Origin: Singulisphaera sp. GP187
Lineage (GTDB): Bacteria; Planctomycetota; GCA-002687715
Direction: 5' to 3'
NCBI GenBank assembly: GCA_945907755.1
Contig: CAMDTN010000007.1
Span: forward strand, 856 to 64,855
Length of the DNA stretch: 64,000 nt
The position numbers and the translations under genes are program-made. Under the pieces are notes generated by a model. It made no database searches. It had not been told where the DNA came from and saw only the letters and a program-made list of their open reading frames with translations. This document shows, one piece after another, positions 57,734 through 64,000 of the stretch (its first letter is position 1; every line of letters begins with the position of its first letter).

Positions 57734-59122
57734 ATGGTCTTCGCCAGCGGCGTTTTTCTTTACTGGTTCTTGCCCCTCGTGCTGCTTGGCGCCATCAGCC
57801 TGCCGCGCGCGCTCCGCAATCCGTTCTTGACCGTCGCCAGTTTTGTTTTCTACGGATGGTGGCGCCCTGATTATTCGCTGCTGATGTTGGCCACCGCGGC
57901 CTTCGATTTCGGCACCGGCATGGTGATCGACCGTGCACGCCAGCGCGGCGGGCGCGGCACCGGATGGTTGGTGGTGTCGCTGTGCGCCAATCTCGGATTG
58001 TTGGGCTGGTTCAAGTACGCCAACTTGGCCGTGGGTTCATGGAATTCGCTGATGACGCTCAGCGGCAACGACCCGGTGCTGTGGACATCCGTGTTGCTGC
58101 CAGTTGGCATTTCGTTCTACACATTCCAGAGCATGAGCTACACGGTGGATGTGTGGCGCGGCGAACTGCGCGCGACGCGCAACTTCGGCGATTTCTTGTG
58201 CTTCGTGTCGCTGTTCCCACAACTCGTTGCGGGCCCCATCGTGCGCTATCGCGATGTGGCCGAGCAGATGGCCACGCACCGCTGTTCGTTGCCGTTCTTC
58301 GCACAAGGGTGCTTATTCGTGATGTTGGGTTTGGCCAAAAAAGTGCTGCTGGCAGATGTCTTGGCACCGGTGGTGGCGCTTTCCTTCGACCACGGAGCGC
58401 CTGGCGGCACAGATACTGCGTGGTTGGGCCTGAGTGCCTACACCTTGCAAATCTATTTTGATTTCTCTGGCTATTCCGACATGGCCATCGGGCTTGGGCT
58501 GATCATAGGGCTGCGTTTCCCATTCAACTTCGACTCGCCTTACAAAGCAGAGAGTATTACGGACTTCTGGCGGCGCTGGCACATGACATTGAGCACATGG
58601 TTGCGCGACTATTTGTACATCGGCATTGGTGGCAACCGCGCCGGCCCGTGGCGCACCCGCATGAACTTGATGCTGACCATGCTCTTAGGCGGGCTGTGGC
58701 ACGGCGCCAATTGGACATTCGTCGCGTGGGGCGGGCTGCATGGATTGTTGCTGTCGCTGGAGCGCGTGCCTCTGTTGGCCAAGGCTCGCGCAGCGTTGCC
58801 GCGTTTCCTGCGCATCGCGTTGACTCTGGGTGCGGTGATGGCAGCGTGGGTTCTGTTCCGCTGCGATTCTCTGGGGGCCGCGGGCAGTTATTTCGCCGCG
58901 CTTGGCGGCGCGCCGAGTGGCAGCGGAACAGAACCGCTGAACGCACTGCAAATCGCGTTGCTGATCATCGGTGGCAGCATTGCGTTATTCGGGCGATCCA
59001 CGCAGCACCTCGTGCACAAGGCCACTTGGGCAACGCTCGGTTGGGCCGCCCTTGTTTTTTTCATGTCCTTGATTCACCTTCACTGGCAAGACCATGTGCC
59101 CTTCCTCTACTACCAATTCTGA
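57734..59122 (+). CDS. MBOAT-family membrane O-acyltransferase (AlgI/DltB/PatA-like)
   Basis: MVFASGVFLYWFLPLVLL N-terminus typical of AlgI. Conserved His region …WRRWHMTLSTWLRDYLYI… and LWHG. Confidence 0.9.
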   Translation: MVFASGVFLYWFLPLVLLGAISLPRALRNPFLTVASFVFYGWWRPDYSLLMLATAAFDFGTGMVIDRARQRGGRGTGWLVVSLCANLGLLGWFKYANLAVGSWNSLMTLSGNDPVLWTSVLLPVGISFYTFQSMSYTVDVWRGELRATRNFGDFLCFVSLFPQLVAGPIVRYRDVAEQMATHRCSLPFFAQGCLFVMLGLAKKVLLADVLAPVVALSFDHGAPGGTDTAWLGLSAYTLQIYFDFSGYSDMAIGLGLIIGLRFPFNFDSPYKAESITDFWRRWHMTLSTWLRDYLYIGIGGNRAGPWRTRMNLMLTMLLGGLWHGANWTFVAWGGLHGLLLSLERVPLLAKARAALPRFLRIALTLGAVMAAWVLFRCDSLGAAGSYFAALGGAPSGSGTEPLNALQIALLIIGGSIALFGRSTQHLVHKATWATLGWAALVFFMSLIHLHWQDHVPFLYYQF

Positions 59123-59201
59123 AACACATGCAGCGGGTACGAAGCCGCACGAGCTTGTAGGAGCCGTCAGCTCGGATTCTGTGCTCGCTTGTCCACCCGC
59201 C

Positions 59202-61031
59202 ATGCTCGCGGTCACGCTGGTTTTCCTTTGCACGCTCATTCTGTGCGGCAGCGTCGACACGCTCTTTCCCATCGCGAAGAAGCAACTGATGGGCGTTCAC
59301 AAGGAACTCGAAGATTCCACGCGCATGACTGCAACCATTGCGGATGGCACGCGCATGCGTTTGCTGGAAAGCGACTTGAAGCGCAGCTCTCGTGTGCGTT
59401 CGTGGGTGCTCAGTCCGTGGGCGTCGCTGCTGTACGCGCTGGGTGGGTGCATGCGGCGCGAAACTGTGGTGGGCACTGATGGTTGGCTGTACCTGCGCGA
59501 GCGCTTGCAACCAGTGGAGCATCTTTCCGACAGTGGCATCGATGCATTCGGTCCCGCGTTTACAGCGCTCGCGCGCCGCTGCGAAGCGTTGGGCACAAAA
59601 TTGGTGTTGGCGCCGGTGCCCGATAAGGCGTGGGTGCATCCGGAACATCTGCCCGCAGGGTTTGTGGCTTCAGACGCTGGCTACCAGCGTTTGGTGCGCA
59701 CACTGCGCGCGCGAGGGCTGGTGGTGGCGGATTTGCTGTCTGCGCTGAAGGCGGCAGAAGGCCAGCGTTACATGCGCACCGACACGCACTGGACGCCGTT
59801 GGGTTGTCGCATCGCAGCAGAGTGCATTGCTGACAGCGCAGGCATCAGTGTGCCGGTAGAGCAGCGCCCCGGGCGCGTTGTGCAAGACGCAACGCAGATT
59901 GATACTGGCGATATGTTGGTTCTCAGTGGCATCGAAGCGCCAGCGGTTCTCGAAGGTGGATTCGAAAGCCACATGCTTTCGTTCGCCAACCAATTGCATC
60001 AAGTGCCGTTGGAGCACATCGACTTCACCGACGCGCCGTTGAAGGCACCGGATCTCGTGCACCCATGGATTCTCGTGGGCACCAGTTTCTCCGCTTCGGG
60101 GCACTTCCAAGAATGCCTCGCGCGCAGTGCGTCGGAACGCCCGCTGGTGCGCTCACTGAGTGCAGTGACCGCTCCCATAGTGCTGCGCCAATTCGTAGCG
60201 GATCTTGAATTGGCAGTCACACACGGCATTCGCCCACGCGTAGCGGTGCTCGAGTTTCTGGCCACCGATGTATTGAACTCTGCCTATTCATTCACCGATT
60301 TTATGAAGGCGCAGGTTGGGCCGGCGCTGTCGGGATACTCGGAAACCCCTGCGGAATGGGGCATCGCGCTGTCGCAATCGTCGTTGCTGGTGCCGGGGGA
60401 ACACACGCTGGGGCCCAAGGGATTGGCTGCTTGGCTGCCACGCGGCGCACTGCTGCAACCGGCGGATGGTTGCTTGGCCTTGCTGCTGGAAGGTGCAGTG
60501 CTGGCAGGCGCACCGCGAGTGAGTGTGCAAGTGGGCGACACCCGATTGTCATTGCGCTGGGAGGCGAGTGCCACGCGCATGCTGATCCCCCTCGTTGGCG
60601 CGAGTCCTGCGGACAATTTGCGTGTTGCGCTGCAGGCGGCAGACGGCGCTCGTGTGCGCGTGGATTCGCTGCGCTTGATGACAACGCTGGCGGCAACAGC
60701 GCAGGCCGCAACGGTGGGCCTCGTGAATGCAGATGCCAGCGGCTTCACTCAGGACATTCAGTGTCCCGCCGAGTCGCGTCCGCATGCACTAGCGCTGCTG
60801 GAACTGGATGTCACGGGAACTCTTCCGGCGGCACTGCGCATCGCGGCGTTCGCGCCGATGGTTGACGGCGCTTCGCTGACGGCGTTCATGGACAAACCCA
60901 TTCGCACCACGCGCTTGCTGTTGCCGTTACCGCAAGAAACCCCTACCACGCTGCGCATCAGCGGCGCCGCGCCGGTTCCGAAGCGCCTCGTGCGCAAGGC
61001 GAGCGTATTGGTTCAGTCACCGCGGGGTTGA
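59202..61031 (+). CDS. AlgJ/AlgX-like SGNH-fold O-acetyltransferase partner with extra C-terminal domain
   Basis: Signal anchor MLAVTLVFLCTLILCG. AlgX_N signature including DTHWT. ~300-aa C-terminal extension. Alternative start at 59094 would overlap the MBOAT gene. Confidence 0.75.
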   Translation: MLAVTLVFLCTLILCGSVDTLFPIAKKQLMGVHKELEDSTRMTATIADGTRMRLLESDLKRSSRVRSWVLSPWASLLYALGGCMRRETVVGTDGWLYLRERLQPVEHLSDSGIDAFGPAFTALARRCEALGTKLVLAPVPDKAWVHPEHLPAGFVASDAGYQRLVRTLRARGLVVADLLSALKAAEGQRYMRTDTHWTPLGCRIAAECIADSAGISVPVEQRPGRVVQDATQIDTGDMLVLSGIEAPAVLEGGFESHMLSFANQLHQVPLEHIDFTDAPLKAPDLVHPWILVGTSFSASGHFQECLARSASERPLVRSLSAVTAPIVLRQFVADLELAVTHGIRPRVAVLEFLATDVLNSAYSFTDFMKAQVGPALSGYSETPAEWGIALSQSSLLVPGEHTLGPKGLAAWLPRGALLQPADGCLALLLEGAVLAGAPRVSVQVGDTRLSLRWEASATRMLIPLVGASPADNLRVALQAADGARVRVDSLRLMTTLAATAQAATVGLVNADASGFTQDIQCPAESRPHALALLELDVTGTLPAALRIAAFAPMVDGASLTAFMDKPIRTTRLLLPLPQETPTTLRISGAAPVPKRLVRKASVLVQSPRG

Positions 61032-61071
61032 ACGCTGGCGCGCCGAGATGCGGCGCACCAATTCATCATCC

Positions 61072-62505
61072 TCAGGACATCGGATGCGGTCGCAGCAAGA
61101 GCAGTCGCCTCTCTGTCATGTCTTCCATAGCAAAGCGCGGACCCTCGCGGCCCAGCCCCGAGTCTTTCACGCCGCCATAGGGCATATGGTCTGCGCGGAA
61201 GCCTGGAACATCGCCACAGACCACACCGCCAACTTCCAAGACGCGCAGCGCCTCGCTGATTTTGGCCCAATCTCGCGTAAAAATACCTGCTTGTAGCCCG
61301 AAGCGACTGCGGTTCACCGCGGCCAACGCATCTTCGTAGCGTGCGTAACGGCTTAAGACGATCACTGGTCCAAACGCCTCTTCGCACGAGATGAACGCCG
61401 ATTCCGGAACATCTTCCAACACGGTTGGCGCGAAGCACGCTCCGTTGCGAGTGCCACCGCACAACAGCTTCGCGCCACCAGCGACCGCAGCTGCGGTCCA
61501 GCTTTCCAAGCGTTGCGCATCGCCTTCGGTGATCAGTGGCCCAATCTGCGTGGCTTCGTCGTGGGGGTTGCCGCTGACAAGGGCACGGGTGCCGCGCACC
61601 AATTCCGCGCGCACCGCGTCGTAGCAATCTTCGTGCACGAACAAGCGCTGTGTCTTGATGCAGCTTTGCCCAGAGTTGTTGAAGGCACCCACCAAGATGC
61701 GAGCCACTGCGTCGGCGCTGTCCCAGTCGGGCTCCACGATGCACGCTGCATTGCCGCCCAGTTCCAACACCACTTTTTGTTTGCCCGCTTGGGCCTTCAA
61801 GTTCCAACCGACGGCGGGGGAGCCCGTGAACGACAACAATTTCAAACGCGCGTCGGTGCTGAACAGTGCGGCGGCGCTGCGCTCGCAAGGCAAGATGGAA
61901 AAACTGCCGTCCGGCATGCCTGCTTCGGCCAGCAATTCGCCAACAAGCAAAGCCACCAGCGGCGTGAGGCTCGCGGGTTTCAGCACGAAGGGACAACCAG
62001 CTGCGATGGCGGGTGCCACTTTGTGGGCCACCAAATTCAGGGGGAAATTGAAGGGCGTGATGAACGAACAAGGCCCAACGGGAACGCGCGTCCACAGGCC
62101 CATGTAACCGTCGCCGCGCGCAGTGACATCCATTGGCAGCACTTCGCCGTACTGGCGCACGGCCTCGCCGGCTGCAGTGTGGAATGTGTCGCACGCGCGG
62201 GCGACTTCGTTGCGCGCGTCGCGCAGCGGTTTGCCGGCTTCTGCACACAGCAGCGTGGTGAACTCGGCGGCTCGGGTGCGCAGTGCGGCTTCAATGTGCA
62301 GCAGGATGCGCTCGCGTTCGTGGGCGGCCAGCGCGGCCATGCGCGGGGCGGCTTCCACCGCCGCAGCGATGCCACGCAGAATGGTGGATTCGTCGGCGCG
62401 TCCGACGCGCGCAATAAGTGCCCCATCAAACTTATCGTGCACTTCGAAGCTCGCGCTGGTCGTCTCGCGCTTGGCCCCCACCCAGATCGGTTGCGCTGTT
62501 GCCAT
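61072..62505 (-). CDS. NAD(P)-dependent aldehyde dehydrogenase
   Basis: ELGGNAA motif, catalytic Cys (NSGQSC), FTGSPAVG NAD-binding motif. Start at ATG 62505 (MATAQPIWVG…). Confidence 0.9.
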   Translation of the reverse strand: MATAQPIWVGAKRETTSASFEVHDKFDGALIARVGRADESTILRGIAAAVEAAPRMAALAAHERERILLHIEAALRTRAAEFTTLLCAEAGKPLRDARNEVARACDTFHTAAGEAVRQYGEVLPMDVTARGDGYMGLWTRVPVGPCSFITPFNFPLNLVAHKVAPAIAAGCPFVLKPASLTPLVALLVGELLAEAGMPDGSFSILPCERSAAALFSTDARLKLLSFTGSPAVGWNLKAQAGKQKVVLELGGNAACIVEPDWDSADAVARILVGAFNNSGQSCIKTQRLFVHEDCYDAVRAELVRGTRALVSGNPHDEATQIGPLITEGDAQRLESWTAAAVAGGAKLLCGGTRNGACFAPTVLEDVPESAFISCEEAFGPVIVLSRYARYEDALAAVNRSRFGLQAGIFTRDWAKISEALRVLEVGGVVCGDVPGFRADHMPYGGVKDSGLGREGPRFAMEDMTERRLLLLRPHPMS

Positions 62506-62627
62506 CACGGCGTTCAGCGAATGTTGCTGCGCAACTCGCCGTTGCGTTCGAAGGGGCCGGCGGAGAATTTCACTTCCAAACTGTCCACGGCATCGGGGCG
62601 CTTGCACGAAGCACCGGCACCGCCGCC

Positions 62628-63386
62628 TCAGCCATAGTCCAAATCGCCTGCGAGAGCAGTGGTCACACCGTTGCGCAGCACAAAGCGTGCGGGCACGCGT
62701 TCGCCGCCACGCAGCATGGTGGCCCCCAGCCCGCTGTCGCCTTGCACAGCGATTCCCACTTGCAGTTTGCTGCCTTTGGAAGACCAGTTCACGGTGGTGC
62801 TGACGCGCTGGTCAATGTCCAACACGAAGTCTTGTCCTGCGACGATGACAAACTCGCGGCCTTTGCCGCCAGCGGCCCACAATTGCCAATCTGTGTTTTC
62901 TTTGTCGCGGCGCTGCAAGCGATAGCCCGCAACACGCCAGCGGCCCGCGGCGATTGCGCGCGTTCCGCCTTGGGTTTTCGTCCACACCAAGCGCAACGGC
63001 CTGCGCGCAGCGTTAGGCACAGCGTCGTTCGGCAGCAACAACACAGACCCAGCGGCAAAGGGCACGCTGATGCGCCCTTCATCTGCTTGCGGCGCAGCTT
63101 CTGCATCGATGCGTTGTGGGCGTGGTTGCTCGGCAGCCAACAGCCAAGCTTGCAGCACTTGACGCTCTGGGGTGCTCTTCGGCGCCTTCGGCTGAATGCA
63201 GGCTGTGGTTGCGATGCGCTCTGCCCACAGCAAATCGCCGGGCACATTCTTGTCGGGCACGCCGTGACATTCTTCGCAGCGTTGCCACATCTTGGCCGCG
63301 GGCGACAGTTCCGCCGCAGGCGGTTGCTGCGCATTCAAAGGCAGCGCAGCCAGCAACAGGAGAACGCAGCAGATGCGGTGCAGCAT
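62628..63386 (-). CDS. Secreted protein with a single CxxCH haem-c binding motif and a C-terminal beta-rich domain
   Basis: Signal peptide MLHRICCVLLLLAALPLNAQQ after GGAGG. CEECHG motif 25 aa after the predicted cleavage site. Confidence 0.6.
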   Translation of the reverse strand: MLHRICCVLLLLAALPLNAQQPPAAELSPAAKMWQRCEECHGVPDKNVPGDLLWAERIATTACIQPKAPKSTPERQVLQAWLLAAEQPRPQRIDAEAAPQADEGRISVPFAAGSVLLLPNDAVPNAARRPLRLVWTKTQGGTRAIAAGRWRVAGYRLQRRDKENTDWQLWAAGGKGREFVIVAGQDFVLDIDQRVSTTVNWSSKGSKLQVGIAVQGDSGLGATMLRGGERVPARFVLRNGVTTALAGDLDYG

Positions 63387-63390
63387 GGGC

Positions 63391-63645
63391 TCACGCCTCC
63401 GGTAGGAACAAACGCGGTTTGCAGCAAGCACGCCCGGGCCTGCAACTGTCTGGGCCCACCAGATCGCCGTCTTCGCCCAACGGCATCTGTGTGAAGACGC
63501 ACCAGAAGCCCGCGGTGGAAACGCCCGAGCCGGGGTATTCCTCCAGCAAGCTGCGGTTTTCCGAGGCGGTGTACATGGTCTTGGTGCAGAGGTGTTCGCA
63601 GGCATCGGCCGGCAAGCGCGAGCGATCAACTGGGAATATTTCCAT
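63391..63645 (-). CDS. Small Cys-rich hypothetical protein (84 aa)
   Basis: Fits exactly between the neighbouring genes on the same strand. Cys residues at 16, 20, 49, 68, 74 and 75. No recognizable family. Confidence 0.35.
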   Translation of the reverse strand: MEIFPVDRSRLPADACEHLCTKTMYTASENRSLLEEYPGSGVSTAGFWCVFTQMPLGEDGDLVGPDSCRPGRACCKPRLFLPEA

Positions 63646-63654
63646 GAGACCTCC

Positions 63655-64000
63655 TTAGCTCTTCCGTGCTCGAGCAGCAGCAGTGAGGATGGCGTTTTTC
63701 ACACAGGCGCGCAGCATCGTCACCTTGTAAGCGTTGTCGCGCAGCGGCGTGGCCCCTGCGATGGCGGCATCGGCAGCGGCCCACGCGGCCGCTTCATTGG
63801 GCACCTTTCCGTTCAGCACGGCTTCCGCCGCTTCGCGCCGCAACGGGACAGGTGCCACAGCGCCAATGACGATGCGCACATCGCTGGCCTTGTCGCCGTC
63901 GAGGGTCAAGCGCGCAGCGCAAGCGACCAAGCCCCAGTCGTAGGACTGCTTCTCGTTCACCTCTTCAAAGGCCGAGCCGCTCCGGCCGCTGAGTGGTTTG
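63655..64000 (-). CDS. Molybdopterin-dehydrogenase FAD-binding (CoxM/XdhB-like) subunit, C-terminal domain; gene continues beyond the window
   Basis: …RIVIGAVAPVPLRREAAEAVLNGK…AGATPLRDNAYKVTMLRACVKNAI matches CO_deh_flav_C. The frame is open to the window edge. Confidence 0.6.
   Translation of the reverse strand, partial: KPLSGRSGSAFEEVNEKQSYDWGLVACAARLTLDGDKASDVRIVIGAVAPVPLRREAAEAVLNGKVPNEAAAWAAADAAIAGATPLRDNAYKVTMLRACVKNAILTAAARARKS

Noticed and set aside
61013-62637. 411-aa minus-strand and 374-aa plus-strand ORFs
   Set aside because: They overlap the aldehyde dehydrogenase gene in other frames or on the other strand. Arg/Gly-rich shadows.

Overview
This is a high-GC (~67%) bacterial chromosomal segment, densely coding on both strands. 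Because of the GC content, many long antisense "shadow" ORFs appear in the six-frame track and were discounted.

Content, in order along the window:
- A methionine-biosynthesis cluster: the C-terminal end of an ArsR-type SAM-methyltransferase, B12-dependent methionine synthase metH, and a class V aminotransferase. Further on, an AlaA-like aminotransferase overlaps by ATGA with a cystathionine gamma-synthase/beta-lyase-family PLP enzyme.
- A class II Fic protein, sitting convergent to a lipoprotein that ends in a PA-IL/LecA-like lectin domain.
- Several large secreted FG-GAP repeat, beta-propeller and quinoprotein-dehydrogenase-like proteins. They share an unassigned ~40–110-aa C-terminal beta-rich extension ending in a [GN]LxLxxQ…(S/T)NxLxLxIxP motif, which looks like an undescribed sorting or anchoring signal.
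- An ABC-F ATPase, a cupin, and a 1,202-aa GltD-like + PyrK/FNR-like oxidoreductase fusion.
- Two tRNAs: tRNA-Pro(GGG) on the minus strand and tRNA-Val(TAC) on the plus strand. The tRNA-Pro is followed by perfect 65-bp direct repeats, each carrying the tRNA 3' end plus a terminator, which looks like an att-site-like scar.
- An SsuABC-like ABC importer (NitT/TauT family) and an M20 peptidase.
- A beta-class DNA methyltransferase with no adjacent restriction partner, fused to a degenerate SNase-like domain.
- An AI-2E transporter, an EfpL/YeiP-type EF-P paralog, a GH36/raffinose-synthase-like protein, a 7Fe ferredoxin, and an SNF2 helicase with a SWIM zinc finger.
- An IS200-like REP-associated tyrosine transposase (RAYT) flanked by REP-like repeats.
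- UDP-glucose 6-dehydrogenase, an M1 aminopeptidase, a FAD oxidoreductase preceded by an out-of-frame Tat signal peptide, RlmN, a glycogen-debranching-enzyme-like protein, and an MBOAT + AlgJ/AlgX-like polysaccharide O-acetylation pair.
- An aldehyde dehydrogenase, a secreted CxxCH protein, and the start of a CoxM-like flavoprotein gene that runs off the window edge.

Three genes for secreted proteins are disrupted: one by an in-frame TGA and two by frameshifts. These are either real gene decay or assembly indels.

No CRISPR array, integrase or rRNA is present.
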